From positions 261,516,001 through 261,580,000 of the forward strand of contig JBNRSN020000007.1 of NCBI GenBank assembly GCA_051313645.2: a stretch of DNA of 64,000 nt, in the 5' to 3' direction. The notes beneath the pieces were generated by a model. The model did not search any database, was not told the DNA's origin, and was given only the letters and a program-made list of their open reading frames with translations. Below are positions 49,988 through 62,186 of the stretch, piece after piece. This DNA is from Centroscyllium fabricii (lineage: Eukaryota). The position numbers and the translations under genes were made by a program. Each line of letters begins with the position of its first letter. Position 1 is the stretch's first letter.

Positions 49988-50195
49988 GTGTAAGTAAGAG
50001 ATTCATTTAAACATATGAATGTCTCTCTGCTGAGGTGTGATGTAGGACAGTGGGAAAGATTACATTGTTCTCTCCCTCTATATATGCCGTGTTTAAATGA
50101 ATCTTTTACTTACACATGATGAAGGAGCTACGCTCCGAAAGCTTGTGATTTCAAATAAAACTGTTGGACTATAACCTGGTGTTGTGAGACTTCTT
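49988..50195 (+). mobile_element. Penelope-like family A terminal repeat with short inverted 5' copy
   Basis: GTGTAAGTAAGAGATTCATTTAAACA is inverted relative to TGTTTAAATGAATCTTTTACTTACAC; hammerhead-like core ~50116-50140. Confidence 0.8.
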
Positions 50196-51708
50196 AAAAC
50201 TATTTCTAGGCCTGCGATGGAGAGTCATTCTTCACCAGCCTGATGTCCCTTTCCTTTGCCCTTCTAATTTATATTCCCTGCTGGTTCAATATGGTTACTG
50301 CTGTGGTTTGAAGCTTCTTAGCATCCGCAGCAGTTTTATTTTCTGATGGAACTGATCAGGCCAGCTCTGTATCAGCATGTTTTGTGTAGGATCACAAGAG
50401 ATTAAGGAAGCTCCATTTACAAAGGAGTTGCAGGATTTGATGTAAAGGAGCAGAAATTTTGAAGAGTGAAACAGCAACTCTACACTGCTCGAATCCTCCA
50501 ATTCGCTGTAGCCCAGACAAAGCCCTTGTAAACAAGCAGCGATGTGAAAGCCGTTTGCCTATCCCAGAACACATGACAGACAGCATGGGTGCATGCTACA
50601 CACTGATCAGGTTGTGTAACTTGAAACCAGTGCTGAAGGAATTGCCATTATGGCCCTTCAAATGTGGACTGAGCAACTTAATGTGTTGCACAAAGCATAC
50701 TCAGTTAGTGGTGGGGGGAGGGTGGTAATGACTAGAGTCGGCAGATGTAAGGAATCTGTGGTACAAGTAGAAAAAGGCAAAATGAGTGAAAACTGAATGC
50801 AAGAGTATGCCTAAAATACACTAGCAACAGACTCAGAATGATAGATTTGTGGCTGCACAGTTGAAGTGTAATGCTTCACTGAATTTAACATTTCAAAAGT
50901 ACTTAGCAAATAAATCTTTTATTCAGTCCTTTGGGGTTTTTTTTTTTTTTAAAGACATGCCCAGTCTCTCAGATTTTTACAAAAAGTTTTAACTTTTTTG
51001 CTTGAATATGCAGCCTTCTTTTGTAATTTAGTCATTTATAATTTCATCGGACAAATCCCCGTGGAAGTCTGTTTACCAGCTATCTGAGCACCTAACTTCT
51101 GAATATTTGGCAGCTGAACAAAAAACACATTGTATATGCCATGAGATACTGTAGTAGGTTTGAAACTTGGAAATCAAGATAGTGGATTTTTACATGCAAT
51201 TAGAAAGAATGGGGATACATCAAAGATAAGCAGCAGCAGCTGTGGGGGGAGGGGCAAGTTTGCCTTCAGGGGCAGCACTTAAACTGCTTTTATATTGTTC
51301 CTTTAATTCAAATTCTGGGAACTGTTTCCCCAGTGTTTATGCTGTTAAATCTCTTTTCCATAGCAGACTCACAGATCCAAACCAGGCCTACGAGTCTGCT
51401 GGCGGGCTACAGAAAATCGATTTAACCAGCAGAAGCCCAGGTCTTGGAATCCGAATTGAAATGTAAAAGCAACTTAAGTGATTTTAGTTTACTGGCCAAA
51501 GCTAGACGCTTGCTTCGGCTGACAATCAGAAACTTTAAAAAGGGAACGTCCAGGCTGGCTCACCACTTTGATTTAACACACAGAAAACCTTTGTAACACC
51601 CAGTTCCAGGCACTGGAGCAGATATTCATCATTCTTGTGTCTTACACATTTATTCAAACCAACCAAATTGGATAAAAAGGCAAAAGAAACTCTACTCATC
51701 CACCCACT

Positions 51709-51926
51709 CTGTGGAGGTGCCGGTGTTGGACTGGGGTGGACAAATGCAAGAAGTCACACAACACCAGATTATAGTCCAACAGTTTTATTTTAAATCACAA
51801 GCTTTCGGAGCTTTTGCCCCTTCGTCAGGAGTCTCTTTCACCTGACGAAGGGGCAAAAGCTCCGAAAGCTTGTGATTTAAAATAAAACTGTTGGACTATA
51901 ATCTGGTGTTGTGTGACTTCTTGCAT
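51709..51926 (-). mobile_element. Penelope-like family A palindromic insertion
   Basis: 13-bp TSD TCATCCACCCACT (51696-51708, 51927-51939); ~85-bp arms with an 11-bp spacer. Confidence 0.9.
51837..51875 (+). ncRNA. Minimal type I hammerhead ribozyme motif (family A; also ~1371-1408 and 61744-61782, with antisense copies in the opposite arms)
   Basis: TCAC-CTGACGA-A-GGGGC-AAAA-GCTCC-GAAAG-CTT-GTGA. Confidence 0.65.
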
Positions 51927-52664
51927 TCATCCACCCACTAACTACCATTAATGATTTTAGAAAAGCAAAACAACTACCATTAAGTACCGTCGTGCATATT
52001 TGAATTCTATCTACCCACTGTTATTTGAAAGATGATTTTTTTTTTAATGTTTCTTCGACTTTCTTTTGCCTTTTTATCCGACTTGATTGGTTTAAATAAA
52101 TGTGTAGACACAAGAATGATAAATATCCACTCGAGTGCCTGGAACTGGCTGTTACAAGAAAGAGGTTGTCTGTGTGTTAAATCAAAGTGGTGAGCCAGCC
52201 GGGACGTTCCCTGCAAGAGGTTTGAGGGAAGTTCCCCTCACTTTCCTCTCTAGCAATAGAGACACAATTAGCAGGTATTCATTATGGTTGGCGCTGGAAT
52301 TAGAGGGAAACGAACACCTAGTCTATGCATTCAGTAGGCCTTGGCTTTCGAAGACCGCACTTCTGCTGTTGAAATAGCCGTTTATTCTATGGGACAGATT
52401 CAGCAACAAGAGAACAAAAAAGCATGGCTTCAAGAGAGATTAATTCTCTCTCATCCTCCCCACACAGCCCTGATCTCCTGTACTTAAGTTTGGTTTTTTT
52501 AATTTAAAAAAAGCTTATTGATCAAATGTTAGTGTTGGAGAATTAGTCACTTTCCATGTTGATCACTTCAGTGCCAACATCAAGTACTTCCAGGTCAGGT
52601 ATAGCATTTTGGAATGCAGAGTAAACTTGTTCCCCTTCCCGCCCAACAAAGCACGTTGCTGCAT

Positions 52665-52905
52665 CAACAACAACTTGCATTTATATAGCGTGTTTAACAT
52701 AGTAAAACGTCTCCAGGTGCACCAGACGAACGTAGACAAACTTTGACACTGAGCCAAACAAGGAGGCATTAGGACAGGTGGCCAAAAGCATGCTCGAAGA
52801 GGTAGGTTTTAAAGAGCCTCCTAAAAGGAGAGAGGTGTTTAGGGAGGGAATTTCTGGCCCAGATGGCTGAAGGCACAACCAGTGATGGTGGCCGGCCATT
52901 GGAAG
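52665..52905 (-). mobile_element. L2 LINE 3' end
   Basis: CAACAACAACTTGCATTTATATAGCG tail in reverse. Confidence 0.75.
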
Positions 52906-53322
52906 GGTCAATGTCATTTTTCCATTTCCCTTGCCTGTAGTCCCGCAGCCTCAGTGAGATTTTCCCCTAATTGGGGACAGTTTTGTTCTTGCCTATTAGG
53001 AAGCAGTTTAAGACTTCCCAAACTCATTTCACATATGAACTTTGCAACCAACAGGAGACTTTAATCCCTTTATTCTGCACTGGATTTGAAACCAGAGGTG
53101 GAAGGCTACCATCTATCCCATTGGTGATACGTAAAATACTCCTGTGCAGCATCTTGGAGACGTTTTACTACGTTAACAGCACTATATAAATACAAGTTGT
53201 TATTACACCAACCATTCTTGTTTTAAATCCGCTTCCTAATTAATATTGAGGATGGAGAAGTGAGATTCTGTTTTTGAATTAGTCCAACCCTGCAGGTTAC
53301 ATATGCACTATGAGGGGCAGGT

Positions 53323-53789
53323 ATTTATTTTTTATTTTTGTGTATTCATTGATGGCTTGGCCTGCATTTAGTGCCCATCCCTAATTGCCCTTGAGAAGAT
53401 GGTGGTGAGCCGCCTTCTTGAACCGCTGCAGTCTTATTGTTTTTCGTAGCGGTTGTTTACAACTGAGTGGCTTGCTAGGCCATTTCAGAGGGCATTAAGA
53501 GTCAACCACATTGCTGTGGGTCTGGAGTCACATGTAGGCCAGACCAGGTAAGGACGGCAGATTTCCTTCCCTAAAGGACATTAGTGAACCAGATGGGTTT
53601 TTGCAACAATCGACAATGGTATCATGGTCACCATTACTAAGACTAACATTTAATTCCAGAATTAAATTGAATTGAATTTAAGTTCCACCAGCTGCCGTGG
53701 TGGGATTTGAACCCATATCCTCAGAACAATTGACTGAGTCTCTGGCTTACCAGTCTAGTGACATAACCACTACGCCACCGCTGCCCCCT
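53323..53789 (-). mobile_element. tRNA-derived SINE family 2
   Basis: Reverse complement of the 44335 element. Confidence 0.88.
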
Positions 53790-53816
53790 ATTAATATATA
53801 CATTTAGGTATTAATA

Positions 53817-54163
53817 CAGGTTGAGCACCGGAAATCCGGCACGGGCGGGACCAGGCCCGTGCCGGGAAAGTGAAAAAACCGGCAGAATGAAGTCGGTCAG
53901 TGCGCATGCGCGCACCATGAAAAAAATGGCTGCGCGCATGCGCACAACATTGGAAATGGCCGCCGAACGTCTTTGTGGAGTCTCAGCTGCGGTTTGTTGC
54001 TCATGATGACAGCCTGCAGGCTGCTCCGGGAAACCTTGCGCTACACCTTGGCGGGCGCTCGGGACTCGCACATTCAAAACGCGGCGCGAGCCGCCGCGCC
54101 CTGACGCCACAGAAGGCCCGGCGGCCGTTTTGAATGATCTGCACATGCGCTAGCCGTCCGGCA
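53817..54163. mobile_element. Tigger-like MITE family A with cargo, right end missing
   Basis: TA|CAGGTTGAGCACCGGAAATCCGG; unique centre ~53965-54120. Confidence 0.82.
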
Positions 54164-54587
54164 TTTTTCTAATTAAGTCCCCCTTCCCCCACCCCTTTGA
54201 TTTTACTACGGAAGGGAATGTTGAGGTAAAAGCTGCCGACTGTACTAAGCGAGAGGGTGAAAAGCAGGTGCGTGTTTTTTTGTAACCTTCACAAGTTCAG
54301 CAGCTGGATCCTGGCAGCCTTTATATTTACAAACAAAAAGAGGAAATGCTGGAAACACTCAGCAATTCAAGCAGCATCTGTAAATAAAGGAAAAATGTAT
54401 GTGGACACACATTTAAACATTCAAAAGGGAACTGGATAAATACTCGAAGGGAATAAAATGACAGGGCTGTGGGGAAAGTGCAAGGGCGTGGGATTAATTA
54501 GATCGCTCTACTGAAGAGCTGGCACAGGCACGATGGGCTGAATTTCCCAGCCCCCTAAACCTGCTTTCCCATTTCCTGCTTTTTTCC

Positions 54588-54624
54588 AGTTCTGACGAAA
54601 GGTCATCGACCTGAAACGTTAACT
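54588..54624 (+). ncRNA. Minimal type I hammerhead ribozyme motif (Penelope-like family B, element ~54560-54690)
   Basis: AGTT-CTGACGA-A-AGGTC-ATC-GACCT-GAAAC-GTT-AACT: stem I, core, stem II, GAAA, NUH site. Confidence 0.65.
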
Positions 54625-55039
54625 CCGTTTCTCTCTCCACGGAGGATGCCCCGGCCTGCTGAGTTTTTCCAGCGTTTTCTGTTGTTATTTTGGCTTCCTT
54701 CTGTGCTGTATCATTCAATGATTTAAACGTAGCCCTTCACCAGAGTAAACACTTCTCCCGTCTACAGATGCTGCCCAACTTGCTGCGCGTTTCCAGCCTT
54801 TTCTGCTTGTGTTTCAGATTTCCAGCACCTGCCGTATTTGTTTCTACAGTTGCAAAATTAAACTTTAAGACATGCGATTTCAGGTTTCCAGCACTGAGTT
54901 TTATTTTATTTCCTCAGACAATTTGGCTCCCAGTTCTTGGTCTTTTAAATAGAAGTTTGTGTGAGAAGTGTATTGGAAGGTAATTACAACTGCTGGGATT
55001 TGACGCAGGGTCTTGCAGCTGGCAGCAGCACCAAAGATA

Positions 55040-56365
55040 CAGTCAAACCTGTACAGAAAGGCCACTCATGGGAAAGGCAAAAAGTGGCCTTTATAGACAG
55101 GTGGCCTTTCTATACAGGTTGACGGTGGCCATTTTGTTTTTATGTACATGTACACAGGCTGTGTGTGTGTGTGAGGAGAGGGAGACGGAGAGTCTCCGCA
55201 GCCCCGCTGGACACCGTTCAGAGCCGGCCCGGGCCGGTACGGAAAGATTTAGGACCTGGTTGGCAGCCCGGCCCAGCGGAGCCCAACCCAGCCCAGGGAG
55301 CCCACCGCACCCCAGCCCGGCAAAGGAAGCCCACTCGGAGCCCAGCGCAACCCACTTGGAGCCCAGCCCGGCCAAGGAAGCCCACTCGGAGCTCAGCACA
55401 GCCCAGGGAGCCCACCCCACCCCAGCCCAGCCAAGGGAGCCCAGCCCTGCCCTGCAGAGCCCAACTCGGCCCAGGGAGCCCACCCCAGCCTGGCAAAGGG
55501 AGCCCACCCCACCTCAGCAAAGGAAGCCCACTCGGAGCCCAGCCCAGCCCAGGGAGCTCAGCCCAGCCCAGGGAGCCCACTGGGAGCCCAGCCCTGCCCA
55601 GCAGAGTCCAACTCGGCCCAGGGAGCCCACCCCAGCCTGGTAAAGGGAGCCCACCCCACCCCACCCCAGCAAAGGGAGCCCAGCCCAGCGAAGCCTGCAC
55701 TCGGATACTCCCTGCTGCCTGGAGGAGCAGGAACCCCAGCACCTCTCAAAAGGTCCCAACCCGAAACGTCGACTCCACACCTCTTTCTCCTGATGCTGCC
55801 CGGCCCGCTGAACACCACTCCCCCCCCCCCCCCTCCGCCGATGCCCCCCTCCCCCCCCTGGCCCGTGGTCGGCCAAGTCCCATTTTGTTTTGCTTGCCCA
55901 ACGGGCAAGCAGTTTTGTCACACCCTGCAGTACCTGTACTGTAAAGCTCTCACCTCAGGGATTAATCTTGAGCTGACGGGACATTTGAATCGTGGCCGAT
56001 TGTGGATCTCCTCCTCCTCTCTCTCTCTCTCTCTCGCACGCAGCAAGCCCGCGCTTTTTCAGCAAGGAGGGCTGTTGGCTTCTCATTCGTCCTTTTGCTA
56101 CCGCCCCTGCTTCCCGCTGATTGGCTGGTGACAGTATCACTGACCGCTGTGTGCAGTGGGAAAGTGCTGGAGGGATACAGAACGGGTGGCCGCTGACCGC
56201 GTTGGCCAGGTGGCCGTTCTGTACAGGGCTTAATACATTGTTTTTCTCTCCGGGGGGGGGGGGGGGAATCTGATGTGGCCGCTACGGACAGGTGGCCGTT
56301 CTGTACAGGGCTTAATACATTGTTTTTCTCTTGGGGGGGTGGGGGGGAATCTGATGTGGCCGCTA
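55040..56365. mobile_element. Tc1/mariner/Tigger-like non-autonomous element family C, right TIR lost
   Basis: TA|CAGTCAAACCTGTACAGAAAGGCCAC; subterminal AGGTGGCC repeats at both ends; 82-bp tandem duplication 56208-56365. Confidence 0.7.
55265..55690. repeat. CCCAG/GGGAGCCCA-based minisatellite
   Basis: Visible degenerate tandem units; source of the spurious Pro-rich ORFs. Confidence 0.88.
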
Positions 56366-56374
56366 ACGCATAAG

Positions 56375-56497
56375 CTCCGATAAAAGGTCATCGACCTGAA
56401 ACGTTAACTCGGTTTCTCTCTCCACGGATGTTGCCTGGCCTGCTGCGTTTTTCCAGCGTTTTCTGTTGTTATTTTGGATTTCCAGCATCCGCAGTAC
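56375..56497 (+). mobile_element. Penelope-like family B terminal repeat
   Basis: AAAGGTCATCGACCTGAAACGTTAACTC...TTTCCAGCATCCGCAGTA. Confidence 0.78.
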
Positions 56498-56686
56498 CAA
56501 AGATATCTCGCCGGGTTCACGCAGGCTTGGGAGACAATAGTTAAAAAAAAACACAGATCTGGCTTCTGGCAAGTTTACTTAGATTTTGCCACTGGCTAAG
56601 CTAGATCCAGTGGCACTAATAAGGCACTTCGCCCAATATAAAAGCAGCCTCAAACGATAGCTGTAAGCTCGTATACATCTCTGACT

Positions 56687-57569
56687 ATACATAGATACAT
56701 AGAAGATGGAGTAGGCCATTCGGCCCCTCGAGCCTGCTCTGCCATTCGATGAGATCATGGCTGATCATCCAAACTCAGTACCCCGTACCTGCCTTCTCTC
56801 TATATCCCTTGATACCTTTAGCTCCAAGAAATATATGTAACTCCTTCTTGAATATATTTAATGACTTGGCCTCAACTACATTCTGTGGTAGAGAATTCCA
56901 CAGGTTCACCACTCTCTGGGTGAAGAAATTCTTCCTCATCTCTGTCCTGAATGGCCTACCCCTTATCCTTAGACTGTGCCCCCTGGTTCTGGACTCTCCA
57001 GCCATCGGGAACATTCTTCCCGCATCTAGTTTGTCCAGACCGTGTCAGAATTTTATAAGTTTCGATGAGATCCCCTCTCATTCTTCTAAACTCCAGCGAG
57101 TATAAGCCCAATCGACCCAATCTCTCCTCATACGTCATTCCTGCCATCCCAGTTATCAGCCTTGTGAACCTTCGCTAAACTCCTTCCATGGCAAGAACAT
57201 CCTTCCTCAGATAAGACAACCAAAACTGCACACACTACTCAAGGTGTGGTCTCACCAAGGCCCTGTACAACTGCAGCAGGACATCCTTGTTCCTGTACTC
57301 AAACCCTTTCGCTATGAAGGCCAACATACCATTTGCCTTCTTCACCGCCTGCTGCACCTGCATGCTTACCTTCAGCGACTGGTGCACATGAACACCCAGG
57401 TCTCGTTGCACTTCCCCGTCTCCCAATCTATTTCCATTCAGATATACTACTCTGCCTTTCTGCTTTTGACACCAAAGTGGATAACCTCGCATTTATCCAC
57501 GTTATATTGCATCTGCCACGCTTCTGCCCAATCACCCAACCTGTCCAAATCATCCTGGAGTTTCTCGGT
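56687..57569 (-). mobile_element. CR1/HER1-like LINE 3' fragment
   Basis: Same peptides as the 13.6-15.9 kb copies. Confidence 0.93.
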
Positions 57570-57733
57570 AGATGCGAACGATCTCACCCAAAGCAGTTAA
57601 CTACTATGGTCAAGTCAGCAAAAATGATCTACTTTGAAACAGGATTTTGTTGTTTAAAACAACACAAACCAGTTCCAGAGATCAGGTACTGTAAAACTTT
57701 CCAACACACAGAGTCTCTTCTGCAGCTCTCCAG

Positions 57734-58111
57734 ATAGAAACATAGAAACTAGGAGCAGGAGTCGGCCATTCGGCCCTTCGAGCCTGCTCCGCCATTCAAT
57801 GAGATCATGGCTGATCATCCAAACCCAGTACCCCACCCCTGCCCTCTCCCCATATCCCTATCGAGCCTGCATCGACACATATCCCACCCTATCCCCGTAA
57901 CCCCACATATTCAATCCCCCTAACAGTAAGGGTCAATTTATCCTGGCCAATTAACCTAACCCCGCACATCTTTGGACTGTGGGAGGAAACCGGAGCACCC
58001 GGAGGAAACCCACGCAGGCACGGGGAGAATGTGCAAACTCCACACCCGAGGCCGGATTTGAACCCGGGTCTCCAGTGCTGTGAGACAACAGTGCTAACCA
58101 CTGTGCCACCG
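57734..58111 (-). mobile_element. HE1-like V-SINE
   Basis: Family consensus in reverse. Confidence 0.9.
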
Positions 58112-59036
58112 ATGTCTTCAACTGTTTCCCCAAAGTGGATTCTGGCCGTAGAGCCAGAAAAGTGCCACGTACAAATGTTGACTTATGTTCACGCAACAAA
58201 TGCTGCCTGACCCGCTGCGTGTTTTCCAGCATTTGCTGTTTTACGACCCGCGTCCAATGACGGGTTCTAAAAAGGATTTTTTTTTTTTTTAAGCCGAAAA
58301 TGGTGGAAACATTCAGCGGGTCAGTCAGCATCCATGGAGAGAAGCAAAAAAGCCAATGTTTCCAGCGACCAAGCTTTTGGTCACCTGCCCCAATATCTCC
58401 TTATTTGGCTCGGTGTCAAATTTTGTTTTATAAAGCTCCTGTGAAGCACCGTGGGACGTTTAAGGATGCTATACAAATACAAGTTGTTGTTGTTGACCCT
58501 TTGTCAGAACGGTTTCAGACTCTCAGCACCTGCAATGTTTGGCTTTTTGTTTCTACCTTTTAACAGGAAATTAGGTAGTCGCTTGAAAAAGTTTTCTATG
58601 TTTCTATGACACCATTAAAGTGTACGTAAAATAAGTGAAAGGGTGGGACTGAATGTGGTAGCTTGTGGGGGGGAAAAAATACTGGTGCAGATTTTACAGG
58701 TTAAATGTTTAACGCACAGAAAGAAACCATTCTATGATTCTGTGGTCTGTGTCGAGTTAACGGATCTCAGCCAGGGAATTTAAAAATGGAAAGTAAATAA
58801 GCCAGGGCTCCCCTTCTTGCTCACCATCTGGCGACAGGACAGGACTCAGTTGTGATGCACCCCAGAGACAGGAATAGCCTGCCAACACTCACTGACTAGG
58901 GTCACACATGAATAGCGGCCATTTGGGTCGGGTACTGGAGAAATAGGGGTCGAGTGGGAAAGCATCCTTTTCAAACTATTCTACACACCCAAAGTTGTTG
59001 AGAGTGTGGGGCACGGTACAGATCAGCGAGGCAGTA

Positions 59037-59367
59037 CAGGTCCGGCACCGTTAATCCGGAGACTTCAGTCGTCCGGAACGAATCTGGCTGATCGGTTGGT
59101 CTGCGCATGAGCAAAATGGGCGCCGCGCTTGGCTGCGCATGCACAAAATGGCCACCGCGCGCTTGGCTGCGCATGCCCGGGCCTCTCCCCGAACAATTGA
59201 TGCTTCGGCGAGCGCATGTGCAGACCATTCAAAATGGCCACCGGCCTTCGCGGCGGCCATTTTGAATGGTCCGCGCATGCGCTCGCCGAAGCTTCAATCG
59301 TTCGGATTTTTCACTAGTCCAGCACCGGCCTGGTCCCTCCGGGGTCGGATTAACGGTGTCGGACCTG
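59037..59367. mobile_element. Tigger-like MITE family A variant (TIR CAGGTCCG..), no cargo
   Basis: TA|CAGGTCCGGCACCGTTAATCCG ... CGGATTAACGGTGTCGGACCTG|TA. Confidence 0.88.
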
Positions 59368-59502
59368 TAGTTTCATGTTCGTGAGGGGACCCCCCTACAA
59401 TTACTAAATATGCTCCCAGAGGACCCCTGGCCAAATTCTGAAAGTCAGAAGCAGGGTACCCAAAGGGAAACTCTATCATTCCAGAGAACATTTTTTAATG
59501 AG

Positions 59503-59529
<27 letters not shown>
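59503..59529. repeat. (TA)n microsatellite
   Basis: Directly visible. Confidence 0.95.
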
Positions 59530-59535
<6 letters not shown>

Positions 59536-60786
59536 GGGAACAACAATAAAGTGGTACTAAGTCAACAAGTATGAAAGTCTGATGGCATTGTGACCCTTTT
59601 CTCAGAAGTCACACAAGGTGGCAAAAATATGAGTCTTAAACTGCTGTTAAGAGTCCAAAAAAAATCAAGATTTCTGTTCAAATAGGATACTTCATCAGCA
59701 CATTCTAAAACAAATGTGCTGTAGGCTATCCTGGCTTAAACTACAGGAATTTTTACTGTTGCAATCCATTTTTTTTTAAAGTTCATTTTGCTCTATCTAC
59801 TTTAACAATTTTTTTTAACTAGTGCCATCTTTATGAGTAACTCTGAACAACCCAACTGAAAACAGATCAAGTCTTTCACGAACATGAACCAACTTCAGTT
59901 TCTAACCACATAAATGCTGGATTAGCAAGGAATGAGTGAACCAGCCTCCATTTAGGATTTTCAGGTGAGTCTAATCTAAACAACCCTAATCCGTCAAAAA
60001 AAACCTCCAAATCCACATCTGAACTTCTGCATTTGAGGAGCCCTAGATGCTATATGCACTTTGCTATGTCTTGCCGATGCTGAAATTAAGCGGACATCTG
60101 ATATGACCCACCTTTTGTTGCGCAGGGTTGTGGCTAAATTCTTCATTTCAAATGCATTCCAACGGGAATGGATACTCCATCAAGGGTAGGATTTGTGCTG
60201 GATTGAATTTTTGGAAACTGGAGGGTAAACAGGATGTGGATTCACCTCCGACGTCTACTTCCCAGCAGCCTACTTTTTGTCTGAAGTAATCTATCACAGG
60301 GACACAGATGCATAGCAGGCTGCAGTGTGTGAGTGTGAGTGCACATAGCAATATACGTCAAAAGAACAGACCCATCTGGACAGCAGCACGGACGCCCCAC
60401 TGAGATCTTGCAATCGTACTTCCTTTTATAACCGAGGTTCTTTGAAAATTGGCTCCGAGGATTTGCAATCTCTCCTTCCCATTAGTGAGACTGCCCTTTT
60501 ATGCTGCGGGCGGCATTAGCAACAGGAGGGGATAAGATGTGGTGGCTACCAGCAGTCCACCTGCATCAAGCCCCTCATTTCTTCATCTACAGTTGCAGTG
60601 ATTTTTTAGACGACTGACGCAGTGCATTAACTCATCCATGTATTGGTGAAAAATCCTACAAGAACCTTTTAAGAAAATGTTCTTTTCCCCGTATCTGCTG
60701 AAGATACTAATTCATCCTGTGGTATGATACCACAGGTGCTTACAGCCCTCTAGTACCTTGGCTAAATGGTTATTTTTCACATGTTT

Positions 60787-61341
60787 TCAAAACTGAGATG
60801 AGGAGAAACTTCTTCACTCGGAGGGTAGTAAATCTATGGAAGTTACTACGGTAGTAAACCTAAGTTACTACCTCAGAGAGCTGTGGAAGCTGCAACATTA
60901 AATAAATTTAAAACGGAGATAGACAGTTTCCTAGCTGATAAGGGAATAAGGGGTTACGGGGAGAGGGAAGTGGACGGGGAGAGGGCAGGGAAGTGGACGT
61001 GAGTCTAAGTTCGGATCAGCCATGATCCTAATGAATGGCGGAGCAGGCCCGAGGGGCCGTATGGCCAAAGATGTGCGGGTTAGGTTGATTGGCCATGATA
61101 AATTGACCCTTAGTGTTAGGGGGATTGAATATGTGGGGTTACAGGGACAGGGTGGGATATGTGTCGGTGCAGGTTCAATAGGGATCGAGGGATATGGGGA
61201 GAGGGCAGGGGCGGGGTGCTGGGTTTGGTTGATCAGCCACGATCTCATTGAATGGTGGAGCAGGCTCGAGGGGCCGAATGGCCTACTCCTGCTCCTAGTT
61301 TCTATGTTTCTATGGCCGACTCCTGCTCCTACTTCTTATGT
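60787..61341 (+). mobile_element. CR1 tail with an inserted 5'-truncated HE1-like SINE (61063-61313)
   Basis: EMRRNFFTRRVVNLW peptide; the tail resumes after the SINE. Confidence 0.8.
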
Positions 61342-61603
61342 TAGCTTAAGACAGTACTGACGTGCTAACTCAACCATGGGCCGGGGGGGGCGGGAGGGAA
61401 GCAACCCGAACGCCAATTGGCCAATTCTATCATTGCCCAACAATCCCACGTGTGCACTTTCCAGAAGAGATCACTGGATAGCAATCAGCAATGGAAACCC
61501 TGGCTGAATTTCTTTCCCCCCTCCCTAGCTTAGGCTCATTGAGGCCAATTGTATTGTCTGTACCAATGCACCCCAACCGAGATCAGTGCCAACTTTACAC
61601 AGA

Positions 61604-61871
61604 TGCAAGAAGTCACACAACACCAGGTTATAGTCCAACAGTTTTATTTTAAATCACAAGCTTTCGGAGCGCTGCTCCTTCGTCAGGTGGAAGAGTAGTT
61701 GATCCAAAGAAAGCATATGTGCTTTCTTTGGATCAACTTCTCTTTCACCTGACGAAGGGGCAGACGCTCCGAAAGCTTGTGATTTAAAATAAAACTGTTG
61801 GGACTATAACCTGGTGTTGTGTGACTTCTTGCATTTGTCCACCCCAGTCCAACACCGGCACCTCCACATCA
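61604..61871 (+). mobile_element. Penelope-like family A palindromic insertion
   Basis: TSD CAACT(T/C)TACACAGA (61590-61603, 61872-61885); palindromic centre GTTGATCCAAAGAAAGCA-TATG-TGCTTTCTTTGGATCAAC; tail on the right. Confidence 0.9.
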
Positions 61872-62186
61872 CAACTCTACACAGAGCAGAGCAGAGGTTG
61901 AGACTTAGGCCCTGCTGGTTCACATGGCCCACTGCCTCATCGGTGGGAGCAAAGAAGTGTTTTTAATGTTTACGCCCCAACTACTGTGAGCACATACACC
62001 CATAGGTTATTTCTCCGCTGTTTTATTGAGAAAGCTTCAGAAGAGCAGAGGTAACCAAGCTCGCGGTCGGTCACTTTTTCAGGTTACAATAGCACTTCTT
62101 TGCACACTGGCTTTCAAAGTCTGTGAAAAGGACGAGTTCCATTTAAGCCACTTAAGCTCTGATTTTTGGTTCGGGATGTTTGACCG

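Larger units (their letters stand above)
51541..52212. mobile_element. Old fold-back element with ~150-bp inverted arms
   Basis: 51541-51690 is the diverged reverse complement of ~52060-52212 (AGGGAACGTCC...GGACGTTCCCT). Confidence 0.8.

Noticed and set aside
55068-56131. Long overlapping Pro/Gly-rich ORFs (up to 259 aa)
   Set aside because: Open in many frames because of a GC-rich minisatellite inside a transposon; no domain recognisable
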